The notes below the pieces were generated by a model. It ran no database searches, had not been told where the DNA came from, and saw only the letters and a list, made by a program, of their open reading frames with translations. A DNA stretch of 61,638 nucleotides, the filler included, from Choristocarpus tenellus KU-1152 (lineage: Eukaryota > Protista > Phaeophyceae), in NCBI GenBank assembly GCA_964200185.2. It is 13 parts of 13 records of this genome, joined end to end, with 100 filler letters (N's around TTAATTAATTAA, not from the genome) between each part and the next. Parts side by side here need not be neighbours in the genome. Positions count along the whole stretch, not along the records: positions 1 to 3,606 come from CAXNAD020018992.1; positions 3,707 to 9,117 come from CAXNAD020010870.1; positions 9,218 to 12,045 come from CAXNAD020024395.1; positions 12,146 to 18,774 come from CAXNAD020007715.1; 9 more parts are not named here. One strand, written 5' to 3'. Positions 1-13,697 of this stretch are shown in pieces. Numbering within the stretch: position 1 is the stretch's first letter; each line of letters opens with the position of its first letter. The position numbers and the translations under genes are program-made.

Positions 1-325
1 CACCACCCCCCAACCCACCCACACACACAAGCCCCCCCCCCAAAGCCCGCCCCCCCCCCCCCCCCCCCCCCCCCCCCCCTTCTGTCTTTGTTGGCATGAG
101 TCACGTCTGTGTGAGTGAGGAAATCTACGGATAGTTGAGACACTACGTAGTTGTGGTCCATCCATGATTGCGCCTGGTACAATCAGCCCATCGGAGTGTT
201 GAGTAGCCCCCTTTTGGAATTTTTTCCTATGCCTGTCAAAAGAAATTAGGTTGCTCTTGCTCTGATGTGGAGATTGATTGGTGTTGCGAATATCTGTGAC
301 TTGCTTGGTGCAGTTGAATGAGCCC

Positions 326-360
326 TGTGTGTGTGTGATGGTGTGTGTGTGTGTGTATGT
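326..360. repeat. (GT)n microsatellite
   Basis: tgtgtgtgtgtgatggtgtgtgtgtgtgtgtatgt. Confidence 0.8.
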
Positions 361-1603
361 TGGGTTGCAGTGTCAGTCTTATTCTACATATTTCTTGCTG
401 TAGCTAGCTGTTTATCTATTCATTCTGCTGCAGACATGTGATTATGACACAATTATATTGTAGTAGTGAATGTTTAATATTACTACCAAGTACTTATCTT
501 TGTTAAGTCCTTTGTACAAGGATAGTTGAGGAGATACGCTTAGTATAATGTTTGATACACAGTGTACATGCATAATATGTAGTAATAACATCTTGATGGT
601 GTGGTGCATGGCCTTTTCTACAGAGGTACTTGTTAACAACTGTGTTCCAAGCAAGGAGTAATTGCTCAAGGTGCCTTTGAGAGTGTATATGGTGTCTGGT
701 GTGCTTGCTGTTGGTTGTGGAGCTTCGCTGGACATGTCCACTTTCAAGTCTGCTCCTTGCAGTTGTATAGATACCTCACTCTTGGCCCTCTCTTCATCTT
801 TTGGGTGTGGGGATTCATGGTGTTGTTCAGGACGATTGTACAATTGGTGGGCTTTGGAAGAGTTACATTTCTCCCTACGTGGATTGGTACATATTTGTAC
901 GGGTGCTATTTTTTGTTGGGCTGCTCTTGGGCACTCTGTCATGTGCTACCTCATGCCGTTTTCGCAAATACCATGCATCAACTGGGCTCTACTCGGGAAG
1001 CTGTCCTAGGGACAATGATTTTGTTGGAAGTGGGAAGATCATGAGTTTGATTGATGCCGCCAATGGATACTATCTTGAATGCACACGTAGGAGCAGTAGG
1101 TGGGACACGTGACCAGGGTAGAATACAAGATGGGTAGGTCTTATGAACAGTATTTATTCTGTACAAGAGTGTTTGGTGGGGTGGTAATAGAAACGTGTTT
1201 GTACACTCGCATGACATCATCATACTGAAACGATAATGCTGCAGTGCTGCGAATGGTTGCAGTTTTTGTACGTGTATGATAGACCTCCAAATCTCGCTGG
1301 CTGATACATTGATTTCCTCTGGTGAATCTATCTCTGATACGCTTTGGTAGTAGTGGCCTCAGAGAGAGCGATTCTCAATATGCATCTTCCAGGGTTGATC
1401 ACAGTGTCCATAATGAGACGAGCTTTGTCCATCTCCATGATGACTGAGTAGAGAGTGGTATCTCTGGTCCGGTATTGAGTATCCACAGCACATGCATCCG
1501 TGGTTGCTTGATTTTCAAGGATTGTTGTAGGTGTTTGGATTGTTCACTTCACTCTTAACACTTCTTCTGTGAGTGGAGAAGGCCTATAAGTACCTATCCT
1601 CCC

Positions 1604-1777
1604 GCCTCAAAGTATCTGGGGGGGGGTCTACACCGGGGTGTCCATTTGGGCCCTTACAAGGAGAAGTGCACTTACATTGCCCATCCAACATATGCAACCA
1701 AATTCACCCAAAAATTGCGCCGTGGAAAAATGGCCCCGAATGGATAGCCGCCACCACCCCCCCAGATACTTTGAGCC
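1604..1777 (+). mobile_element. MITE subfamily A, full copy (174 bp)
   Basis: TIR gcctcaaagtatctggggg ... ccccccagatactttgagcc with a perfect 4-bp flanking duplication TCCC (1600-1603 / 1778-1781). Many homologous copies occur in the window. Confidence 0.9.
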
Positions 1778-3029
1778 TCCCACAACCCTAACCTTGCTGT
1801 ATCGATAAACATTTTAGGAGTGAAGCCACTATTTTTTTTGTCACATTGCGATCGATACATTCATTCAGATAACAATGTAGTATGTTGCTCCTTTAATTGT
1901 AGTATGCATCTCCTTACTACTTCTGGAGGTGAAGATCAGCAAAGAGTAGTCTGCCGAGCTAGAAAGGATAGAAAGCTCAACCATTACTAACTACTCTACT
2001 AATATACCCTCAATGGTGACCTCTCGGTTTTATACAGCAGACAACCAGTTAATTAACAGTTTTCCTTGTCAGAAGAAGATCAAAATTATTTTGATGGTGG
2101 TAAAGGTGCAATGTCGAAAGGACCCCTGGTTGCCTTGCAGCAGACGTTAATGGGTTGAGTTATCGTTTTCTCGAGTCATCACAGGCAGGGTGCAATTTTG
2201 TTGGTACCCCTCCTGGGGTTGGAGAAAAAAGGTTCCCAATAAAACGTGAGGCCATCACCAACTCCCGTCTTGATCAGAAATAACATCAGTAGTAACACTG
2301 ATGGTGTGTGGTGAGTAATTTAAGTCTTAGTGCAGGATGTGTGTAAGGAGTGAAATTCCAGGCCACCAACCTCAACAATCTCCTGTATCACCATTTGTGA
2401 GGCATACTGTTAGGTCCGATCAGTTGTTGGGGATTGCTTCCCAATTCCCTTCTGCTTTGAACCATCCCTTGAAAATCCCCACACCAAACACCTCAACTCC
2501 ACCGTACACAGTGTCGAGATCCTTGACATTCCTGCTCTATAGTTTAGACATAACCTGTTGCCCACTATAAATGAGAAGTTTTTGACAAAGGCGTATGGAA
2601 TAGTACAATAAATCAATCTCTATGTTTCTTGGACAACATGGCTCTCCTGTGCAAATTACCTTGGGAGGTAATGCTATTTCTCAGTAGTGAAGATAAGAGA
2701 GTATGAAGCCTCACACGACCCCCTTTGCTGAACATGAAAAAAGGAAAGGATGGTTGAAATTTAGAAGAGTGACCTTTTGTGTGTGGCGTCTTCTCATTGC
2801 TTGCTTAATATTTATTTGTGGTTCCTATCTGAGTCAACGGTCATGTCAAAGTTAGTTGAATGCAGAATAAATACCAATACATAATCCCATACATAATCTG
2901 GACGTACTATTTTATTAGTTACATCACATGGACTCAATTCAACCCAACAATCTCATATACACAAAATAAGGTACACCTCACTATTGTCCTATTTTGCACA
3001 CTCCCCCATGAGAGTGCAGGCAATGAAGA

Positions 3030-3600
3030 GTCGCTGGAACTCTCAAACCTAAAACAACTTATTGTGTACACTCCCCATTCTGTACACTTGCCCATGAAAA
3101 ATGGAAGTAAAAAGGCACCAGATTAGTTCAATTCTCACACATATCACATTTATCTTGCCAACGCAGTAAAAGAACGCAGATTACTTCAACTTTAACACAC
3201 GACATTCATCTAATCAACACAGTGTCTACAAAGTCTTCTACCTGCTCCTTGCGTAATCTTTTGGTCAAGATGTCTGCAAGTTGGAGTGCCGTGGGAATAT
3301 ATTTTACTGTAAAAAATCCTTTGCTAACATACTCCCTGGTGCATTTCAGCTTGATGTCGACATGTCTTGTCCGTCCATTAAAAACTTCGTTATCGCTGCT
3401 TGTATTGCTCCTCGATTGTCTCCATACCAAACCGTGACCCCTTTGAGTATGCCCAGCTCCCCCAGAATGCCTCTGAGAAATATTGCATGCCTCACCTCAT
3501 TCCATGCACCATCGCTGTCCATTCCGCCTCTGATGAAGATGTGGTTACAGCTCCCTGCATCTTGGATTTCCATGCAACAGGTGCTCCATTGATGATTATT
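3030..3600 (-). mobile_element. Ty1/Copia retrotransposon 3' remnant (frameshifted RNase H, 3' noncoding region, purine tract)
   Basis: Copia RNase H motifs DNRGAI and RTRHVDIKLKCTREYVSKGFFTVKYIPTALQLADILTK, split over two frames. The 3' noncoding part is homologous to 29150-29540. Confidence 0.85.
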
Positions 3601-3606
3601 AGATAC

Positions 3607-3706
3607 NNNNNNNNNNNNNNNNNNNNNNNNNNNNNNNNNNNNNNNNNNNNTTAATTAATTAANNNNNNNNNNNNNNNNNNNNNNNNNNNNNNNNNNNNNN
3701 NNNNNN
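3607..3706. other. Artificial contig-joining spacer N44-TTAATTAATTAA-N44 (first of 12; others at 9118-9217, 12046-12145, 18775-18874, 30953-31052, 36991-37090, 40274-40373, 44692-44791, 47724-47823, 50671-50770, 53847-53946, 57903-58002)
   Basis: The same 100-bp spacer occurs 12 times. TTAATTAATTAA gives stops in all six frames, as expected of a concatenation linker. Confidence 0.97.
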
Positions 3707-3745
3707 CTTCTCACTGCCCAAGACCGCCTGTGGATCGAAAACGCT

Positions 3746-6700
3746 ATGCCAGTTGCTTCCACAGCAACGGGATGGCTTGTGTCGCCTACGTCTCCCCCTG
3801 CGTTGCCCCCATACCAGCCTGCCAACAATGATGCGCTGGAACTTCATGCCAATGATGCTTCAGCGACCGGCGCCAAGCTTCGACTGGGGTGGATTGAACC
3901 TATCCCAGTCAACAAACAGCATGGCTGCTGCACGCACTTAGCCTGTGTGCAGAAGTTCACGGCAGATGGCGAGTCCTTCCTTGCACGCACCTTGGCCAAA
4001 GAGCAGGACATCATCCGGGCATGTGACAACCGCCACGATCGCAAGGAGATCGTTGGCAAGCGTGTACCTGTGATTAAGTTGGGACCTGGATGTGGATCTA
4101 TGCTCGCGGCTGGCATTCCTGTCTGCAAGAAGTTTTTCAAGGCATTGTTCGGGATATCCAATCATGTCATCGACGCCTGCAAAGGTACACCTAACGCAAG
4201 AGCATCCGCCAGCGTGGAGAGGTGGGTTTGAAGTATGTACACAGTGTCACTTGTACCAAGGTCTTGTTTCCCCCCTGCTTGAACACACAATAGTAGTCCT
4301 ATCTGAGAACAATGTGATCCGACCGTACTCACCCGGTTCACTTTGCAGTTACCATGCCTAGATGTCTGATATCCCAAGCTAGAGATCCCTCCAGCATGGA
4401 GTAATGACTGACCTATGTATGTATATGCACGTGCGATATGTTTTTCATGCTTCAACAAATCATCTCGTCCGACCGTCCCCACGCTGCTGCATCATGTACC
4501 ACACGCAAATATCTACAGAGTATATGATCCGCTGCTGGCATACGATACCTCTACAATTCCATCCCCCATCCCTCGTATCCACCTCCAACACATATCCCAT
4601 CCATTCATATACATACGTGCGCTACTACAACAGGAAGGGCACGAACAAAGATAAGGACATGGGTCCGAAGCGAGACCTGGTGATGTCCTGGATAGACTAC
4701 TGGGCTGATACATACGGGCAGTTCATGCCTCACAAGTCAACAATTGTGATCTACGCCGCGAACAAAGAGGTCGATTTTCCCCTTGGTTGTGGAGAGGTTG
4801 GCTGCACCCTGTTGTGTTGGAGTTAGATGCAAACCGTGTGAACCGGCAGCACGTAGAAAAGGTGGATCTAAGTAGTGTATTGAGGGGTAGATATTCATTA
4901 CCTTGACTGGTTTGATATTATGGTTAAAAGAACATGCCAAGATTCATACAAAGTGCTATCCTTTTCGTTTGCTATGTCGATATATCAATATTCATTATGA
5001 TACTCGTTGTCGACAATTTTACGTAGGAAGACCCAATAAATGTTATTTCAACACCGAGCACACATACTCTGCGGCCCCGGACCCGGTCTGAAATTGGTAG
5101 GAAAAGTGTGTACTTCGTATGTACAAAGCGCTTTGCGATGATGATGATGATGGTGGTAGATTCGCCTCCTTTGTCGCCTCTGCAAACGGCAGCAAGGCCC
5201 GAACCGAATGACGCTCATGGCAGATTTAATCAGATCATTGTATTTGCTCTTTCGTAACGCATGATGTAAGCTTGCTTGATCCTGTCTTCCGCGTTCTCAG
5301 TAAATTTATTTGTCAGTCCGCCTTCGAGAGATGTTGCAGGGGTGTTCTTCGAGTGTTCCTTCTCAATAACTCCTCACTTGCCCACACAACCAACATTTTT
5401 AATTAAGAGCTATACAAGGATTTTTGCAAAGAGGCAATACGAGTGTATCCTGACGACCCTTCCAAGCGGGTAAGCAAGGAGTACTTCCTCCGATTAGTCA
5501 GAGAGGACAAGCCCAACATCCGGGTGAGGGTAGGAGGTGAGTTTATGAAATGTGACATATGTGTCACGTTAAAAGAGAAGCGGCACGGTTGCGCCTGGTG
5601 TAAAATCCACCAACGACTCCACCGTCCTCGAGTCCATCGATATGGAGCTGTCAGACCATCGACAGGTAGGTGTCGAGCGTTAATTTTGCAACAAGGGTAC
5701 AGTGACAACATATCACCGTCATTTCCCTCCTAACCCTAAGTAAATCCGTGTCCTTTTGCGAATGAAGACTCCCACATAGGTGTTTATGGCAGCAGCAGTA
5801 GCCTCACTCACCACAAAACTTGCTGTTATTTGCTGCCCAAACACCTTGTAAGACAGACTGTTTCCTGATAGTGTACAACGGGCTATGGGAGAGACAGGTC
5901 ATGCAGCGGTCTTCCGGCCCGGTACGTGCGTACTTCCTACTATCCCGACAACTTGGTGTTTGTTTTGAACGCAGCAATAAAAAACATATCCCAATACTAA
6001 CATATCTTGATACCCAGACTACATTTTTGTTACTAACCAACATGATACGTGTTAACAAGCGGCATTTTTGTTTTACTCTGAGCAGATTTATTTGATTAAT
6101 TCACGTGATGTTGCTGTCCCCCATTCACCAGGTTATCAAAGCGGATCGGCTGGTCGTCGCCAACAGCACCAGCAACGCCATGCGGGCCAAAGCCGACGGC
6201 AAACCTCTCGGCTTCGTGTTCATGTCCGTAGACGCCGCGAACCAGACAGCATACGCCCTCCCAGCACTTTACCCACCTACCCACGGCGGTGACAGGTAAC
6301 CACACGCACGCACAGTCCATCCGACAAGAACTTTGTAGCCGCACGCGGAAGAGAGTAGAAGACCATGTTTTATCCTACGGATGAGTGCAAAGTCCCAAGA
6401 AATAATCACCAAAACAAATGCACATAATTCCACTACTACCTATTCAGTTCATCATGATGACCTTGCTTTACATGTTCCTTTCATTCATGTCCCCCTTATC
6501 AGGGGCTACTCCGAGCGCCAGAAGATCATGGCCGCACACGTCGAAGGCCAGTTCGCGGAGGTGTTCTTCACTCCTATCAATCTCGGAGGAGGTACGTACT
6601 GTAGAGTAGCGTAAGAGCTAATAATCAACGGGTAGTGGAGATCGCAGACATGTACATCAGCCGTATGGGTGTATGTCCTCTACATCGCATAAACAACTTA

Positions 6701-9117
6701 CATTACCCCTCTTTTTAGCTCCGAATAAACAATGCGTAAATGAGCAGAGTACTTTTTACCAACAGTTGTTTAACATCATTGTTCGTGCAGGTTGTAACCT
6801 TGTCTGCACAGCCACCCACCTTGCCCTCACAAGGCTTATCAACAAGTACCGCAATAGCCTCGATGACTCGGGGAATTGCATCATCCAGCACGCGCATTGG
6901 CAGGTAAGAAGGTTTCATCCTGACACGACCTACTCAACACATACTCGCTGAATACCAGTCACCAAGTAACTAACTGCACACTCTTTAGTTTTGGTTTGTC
7001 TGTTGCAACCTGCATGTATGATGGCGGTGATGTAGGCATTGCGCTCTAGCAATACTGGAAACCTACCCTGTTCCTCCAAGAAACGCGGCGAAATGGGCTG
7101 ACATATTGGCCTCACGCCCATCCCTCCCTTGCTCCCAACTACCCAAACTGGTCAGGTCGACAACTGCGTCCCACAGAAAAAGAACAATTTCTTTCTCGGA
7201 TACGCGGGGCTGTTGGTTGCAGTGAGTGTCATTCGTGTTGTCGAGATACATTTTATGATGGTGGGGCACACGCACATCAAAATCGATCAGATCTTCTCCA
7301 GGTAATTAGGCAAGATATATATGCAAGTTCGATAGCCACATAGTGTTCTTATATGGACAGATACAGCCTCGAGGCTTGCAGCCCACGCTTGTTGCATTCC
7401 TGGAAGGTTTATGGTTGCACACTGTAATTGATCGATAGGCTTTTGATTTCCCCACAACGAAATTTACCTACAAGAGCAACTGCCTAAACTGTTTCGTAAC
7501 ATACTCTCGAAAAAAAACAATGAACAAAAAATGTACGCATCACGAAATTTTATATTGATTTTTCCATATACATGCATCAGAGCATGTGCCGGCATATATA
7601 TCCTGCTTATCCACGTCGCTTCTTTCGCCCCCGCCTCGAAATTAACTTGCTTGCATTTCACCTTCAGGTTCTCACGTGGAATAAAAGGCAAAAACATATT
7701 CACCAGAACACAGCTGGGTGAAGAGCTGCAGGCCTCTTACACGGAGGTTCCAATATACTACAAGACCCTACGGAAACAGGGAAACTTCAAGGGACTCCTT
7801 CGCGGTCGCGTCAACCGTGTCCCCAACATCACGAGCTACAGGGCTTTCCGTGTTGAAAAAGGCGGCGATGGGCGGGTGAAGGTTAGCGTTAAGCGATACA
7901 TGCACAACACAGAATGGAGTGGGATAGGCGGAGACCTTGCTATGGACCCCAACACCCCTCCACACGACCTCTTCATCGGCCACCCGCCTCATATCCAAGA
8001 TGCACCACCCTACCAGCTCAAGAGCGTTCCCAAGGACGTCATCCTGAAGGTGGAGCAGCGGTACTAGGCGTCACATGAGCGCCTCCCTGCTGCGTACTCA
8101 CCCCTGGGTAAGTCGATTTTTTCGTGAGGAGAGTTAATAGCTAATTCTGGTATTCGGTGGCAGCCAAAAAAATCAGGTGCAAGTTTTGTACGAGGCAGCA
8201 TTTGCAGCCTTTAGAAAAAAAAATCTTGAAAACTATTGCATTATCATGTGTAGTGATCGTCGCATGTTACAATAATAATTACCATAGATTACTCCCCATA
8301 AATGTTTTGAGGGTACCGGTCTTGTACTCAACAGAGACGATTCCGACGAAATATACACCATCCCTCTCACCACATGCTCCCCGAGCGTATTCATGAAACC
8401 TCACGCCTGGTAATAAAGTAACATTCATGTATCCATACCGTTGATGTCCTCATGCTCATGTATTCCACCTTCGCAGACAATGAAGCCGTTCAGAGAGCGA
8501 AACACGAGCAAAGCGAGTCTGTGCGACTTCTCCAAAAGACAGGGGAACGAGATTTCGACCTCCCAGTCCATTGGCTTCCCACCGATGACAATGGCGCTGG
8601 AACTAGCACCAGCGACGTCGAAGACAATGACCAGGGCGAACGTTTTGGTGGGGGGGATAATCTCGTTGATAGTGACAATGATCTCGGCGGGCTCGAGGAA
8701 ACACACTCTTCCTCATTGGAGAGTGACAAGGAAGAACCTGGCTCCCGTCGACGGGTTTGGCTTCGTCCAACGTTGACATCGGGGAACCATGGAAACCTGT
8801 TCTCGGTGCAGGAAGGCAGCTTTGCCTTTTTTGTGGCAACGGAGGCGCCGCTCTTGGTCGGCAAGATCTTGGCGGAGCGCGTCGGCGAGGATGGGGAGAG
8901 TGGGGTGGATCTTCACTGGCTTCGGCCGACCAGCGATCACACACGTGACAACACCGCGACCCTAACCCTAGAGTAATATGGCAAAAGTAGTTTTGTGGAA
9001 GGCTGGGTGCACGCCGGTGATAGATCCGGGCGAGGTGGGAAACCTAAGCAAGTTAAGGACGTTGGCTGGGAACCCGTGGCGGGTATTGTTTGGACTTGTG
9101 ATAAACTTGTTGGGAAC
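3746..9117 (+). pseudogene. Nine-exon DUF7869 / Sola-like DDD transposase, disabled (exons ~3746-4221, 4634-4769, ~5410-5665, 6132-6295, 6503-6591, 6791-6903, 7156-7301, 7668-8107, 8477->9117)
   Basis: Phase-compatible GT-AG junctions join the motifs WIDYWADTYGQFMP, FMKCDIC, MSVDAANQ, QVDNCVPQKKN and FMMVGHTHIKIDQIFSR. These match the remembered family pattern KCDxC / DGMDQ / LDNC.RENKN / VGHTHEDIDQ.FS. Lesions are a +1 frameshift near 5590, TAG at 8065-8067 and TAA at 8974-8976. The exon 3 acceptor is uncertain. Confidence 0.8.
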
Positions 9118-12100
9118 NNNNNNNNNNNNNNNNNNNNNNNNNNNNNNNNNNNNNNNNNNNNTTAATTAATTAANNNNNNNNNNNNNNNNNNNNNNNNNNN
9201 NNNNNNNNNNNNNNNNNCCCCCCTCTCCCACACAGATACTTTGAGTCAGCTGTGTATTCTTAGTCCTTAACACGATACAAGTTGGCCAAATGTACATCTG
9301 TGTTGTGCTGAGTGGGTGTTATCTATTGGTGTATGATTGAATTCCACAAACCCCACATCATCAAAGAATAATCTGGAGTGGACGAGGGGAGCGAAGATGT
9401 GATTGTGTTGATTTGGCATGTGTGATTTTCTTGAGAGATTAATTGCCTGTTAGGTATTATTAATGTAGAGTGTCACTGGTGGTTAATTAGGCAAGGGGTG
9501 ATATTGGTTGACTGTGCCGGTTTGGGTTCAATGCGTTGTTAAGTTGTTTGATGTATAGTGTTGTAGGGAGCTCAGCTTTGTCAAGATGCTCAACCTTGAG
9601 TCGATGTTTTTGCTGGGTGGTTGAATATGTTGCGAAGGTCTTGTATTGTTTTAATCAAGGGATTAGCTTAGCTTATTCTGTTGGGAACAACCTTAAATTT
9701 TGGTGTGCCGTGTATGATTATGCCCAAGGAGGCTGGTGTGGATTGTGCAGTGTTTGCTTGATGGTGAAACCTGCAGGAGGAAGGGATTGTTGCCCAGGCG
9801 TTCGAGAAGGGTTGCATGTATATGTTTGTTCAACAGTTCATGTTATTGTCCAATAGGAGTTTGTGTACCATAGCAACCCAGGGAACTGTTCTTGTGGAAT
9901 TATGGTGTATTGCTTTTTGTTCAGTGCCATTACCACACAGTTAGTAGTGCAATAAGTGCTACTACTCTTCAGTTATTGTATTTTTTTCTGTGTCGCACGT
10001 AAAATATATTTATGCGTTCTGTTACGTGGCGTATGTGCATGGGTAGTAGTGCTTATGCAGCCCTTTCTTGCATTCAGCGTCGAACTAGTCATATTTTTGT
10101 GCTATTGGTTCTGAATAACATATATTAAGAAAATGTTGCGCTTGTTGCATGGCATTTCCCCTCATACTTCCTGTTAGGTTTCATCCCTCTGACCATTTTT
10201 TTACAATATGTGGTGATGATAATAATAGGATCAATAATACAAGAAAGACAGCATGATGACCACACACAGCAGAAAAAACGAGAAACCAATACTCTTCGAT
10301 CCTCTGTTAATTTACACTGGAGACTATCAGTAATAGTTTCATTGTTCCTGGGGCTCTAGACATTTCCTTTTTTCATGATTATGGATCATGCTTTTCCTGT
10401 GAAGTGATTAAAATAATAATATTAAATAAGCCTCTCTTCATCTCCTAGTCACAGAGAGAGGGTGCATGTTTGCGCTCAAGAATTTCAACCAGTTCAGAGG
10501 AGGAATGGATGGATCTGATGGATCTCAGTGAAGGCAAAAAGGGTCTCACCAACCGACATTGTGCTTCCTAGAAGATCTTACCTCGAAGTATCAGTATCAA
10601 ATACGAAGTGAAACATGATGTATCTGCTGCAAAGGATGGCTGCACAAACTCATCTTCTAACAGACAAGAATGCATTGTTCTTGTTACTATGATTCTTGAG
10701 ACATAGCCCATCACAACCCATCCTGGACGCTGGGTTAACGAAATAATTGGGTCATGGAGAACCTCCTGTAATAATAAAGATAGTAACAATAAATAGTAAA
10801 AAATAGAGGCAATAGCCAACGGCACCATGAACATGCACTATACAATACTACGAGCAAAGATGGGAGACGCGTACTAAAAAAAACACACCAGATGACTGGT
10901 GTCCGATATCCTGCCTTGCACAAGAACTGATCCCCTACGTAAACCTTTTCACTTCAATACCGTTTGGAGTTGGCGATCGTATTATCAGGAAAAGAGCAAG
11001 TATTTCTCATTATTATTGATATCGAAAGAAGAAACAATGAAAGTGCTGAACGACAAGGCTCGTAGTGAGCAGTAATTGTGTACAAGATGTCCGCTGGCAG
11101 TACGACCAAGATCACAAACCTCCTCACGTTCGCAGGAAAGCTGGGAGAAGACTTCTATGCTTTCCAGTGAGGGCTCAGGCTACCCTTGGAGTTTACGACT
11201 GCGAGACTGCTCTCCATGGCCCCAACATTATCTGTGGGGGACCCATCTTGGCAGTGGATGTCGAATCATCAAATTCACCGAGCAATGAAGGAGACCAAGT
11301 GGCGAGAGCTTCAACGACACCTGTTCCGGTTGTGGCAAGCGATGGTGACCTGTGACTGGCCACTTCACGGGTCAAGAAAGCTTGGCAACTCATGCTGATC
11401 ATGCTGCAAGATCATGCCCTACATGTATTTATCGCGCCTGGCTCCCCCAAGTGCAGGGTGGGGCGCGCTTGATGGGTCGTTTATGCCCAAGACCCGCCAG
11501 GAGGCGAGGCGCATGCGCCAGGAACTTGACCGCCCTGCTCATTGATGGCAGAAAGGACCCTTCACCAGGGCTTAATGAGTTGTCTGGGTTGAAGACTAGA
11601 TAAGAATTGATGGGCGAGGTCATCGCCGAGGAGACTAAGGTGGTCACAATCCTTACAAGATGGGGGAGAACTACTCCCAAATTAAGAGCTTTATCGACTT
11701 CGGTGAAACCAAGACCGTGAAGCAAGTGAAAGATAATATGGTGGTGGCAAGGTTTAAGGACCTGCAGGCAACCAACATGGCTAAATCAATGGACACTACT
11801 CAGTCAATACATAGGATATATTCATCACTGGCTCTCCATCCTATTACCTTATCCACTGGTGGTATCTATAGTGTATTAGGAGCACTATCTACGAACATAA
11901 AATGACATCTGATTTGCAAAATGTTGGGGCTTAAAACGATGTAAATATATGTACCAATTGTGGGGATTTTTATTATATAAATACATAACTATATAACAGC
12001 CTCTCACCAAAATTGAGGATGGAGCATACTATGGAGGATGAGTTTNNNNNNNNNNNNNNNNNNNNNNNNNNNNNNNNNNNNNNNNNNNNTTAATTAATTA

Positions 12101-12503
12101 ANNNNNNNNNNNNNNNNNNNNNNNNNNNNNNNNNNNNNNNNNNNNATGGACCTTTGGTTGTCCATCCCAAAGCAAAGTACAAAGAAGAAGAAGCACATGC
12201 CAGGTCCTGCCCCGCCCCCCCGAAAAAACAATGAGGTGGATATCCAAAGTGGACATGACCACAAAATCTTTGCCTTTTGTTATTGTCGCGTGGTCCTCCT
12301 TACAATAGCCAACTCATAAAATTTTATACCGCACAACCAGACTATCCACTAGCAAACTCTCCCCATAGCGGGGGCAAGCATTTCCCGTCCGTCCCCACTA
12401 CCTACCTACCAACCCCAGGATCGTGTACCCAACACCACCTTGCTCATCACAGTCCTCTTGCACTACAGGACAGCTACGACATCCACTTTGGAGAGAGGGT
12501 GAA

Positions 12504-13656
12504 TTAAAAGCCTGGGGGGAACTGAGGGACCTGTGCCACTTCAGTTACAGTTCCCCCTCCTTGCTGGTAGGTGATCTTCAATTTCATCATGAGGAGTTTG
12601 GTGGAGGATTGCAGGCTAGACATGACCCGAATCACCGGTGTGACTGCAGCAACACTGGAGCAAAGAGAGGTAAAAAAAAAGAACAACAGAGGGGTGGTCT
12701 TGAGATAATACACGAGGAAATACTTGGACACATTTCTTGATGAGAATAATTGGATGACATTCATGCAATCATGCGCGACCAGCGTTTGAAAATATTCGCA
12801 CTATATTCTTAGGGTAGGGTGCGACAAATAAACAACAACCAAAACTGTTTCAGCTGTGGTATAATCACAACATTCTTGTAGCACCCACACCTTCATTTAT
12901 ACCCTCATACCATGTAACGGACCACCATGCTTTTCACACCAACAGTCACTAAAGTTGGCCAATTTTTTCCCAGTGGACCGGCACCCAAACCTCCTCATTC
13001 CAGACACAAATTATTATTATTATTTACAACAACATGCAAACAAACACACCACATTTATTGCCCTCGCATTACCCCACAATATGTGCAGTACCTGTGCCAG
13101 TCCAAGGGTACTAAATAAGGTATACTACTATGTGGTGTGCCATGTCCCAAAAGGGTATAGATGAGTGAAATACTTGGTATTTTTTACAGTGTCTTCCCTC
13201 TTGGGAACCAACCTTTCAGGAGGTAGAGCATGCCCTAATGCTGGCTCCATGCGCATAGTGAAAGCCTTGGGTACAGCAACCTGGAACATTAGCTTTGTCA
13301 TCTCCTGCTCTCCAGAAACAAATCAGGTGTAGAGAAAAAGTCAAAGGTTAGGGATAGGGTAAACCAACCCAAACCTAGATATTGCAACCACCTCACAAAA
13401 CTTGGTAGAGTTATTCTAGAAAAAATAAATAAAATTAGTCAAGTGTGTGAGTGTGGTAGTTTTGTAATCCATTTACCCACTATTTTTCTCGAAATGGTGA
13501 ACGATCCCTCTCTCTTGTGTCTAAAATTGTGACAATCCCTCTCTCTTCCATCAAGCAATTCAAGGACACCCATGGCTGCGTTAAACACTCTTAAGTTTGC
13601 CTATCTTCTATTCCTCTCTGTACCACATACATAGAATGTTGTCAAGGTGAAGAGTA

Positions 13657-13697
<41 letters not shown>

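Noticed and set aside
442-1560. Overlapping ORFs suggesting a gene
   Set aside because: No recognisable motif and many stops. It may be decayed mobile DNA, but I cannot assign it.
3651-3662. Recurring palindrome TTAATTAATTAA as a biological motif
   Set aside because: It is always centred in a fixed N-spacer, so it is an assembly linker.
11065-11905. Coding-like GC-richer segment with broken ORFs
   Set aside because: No identifiable domain or consistent splice pattern.
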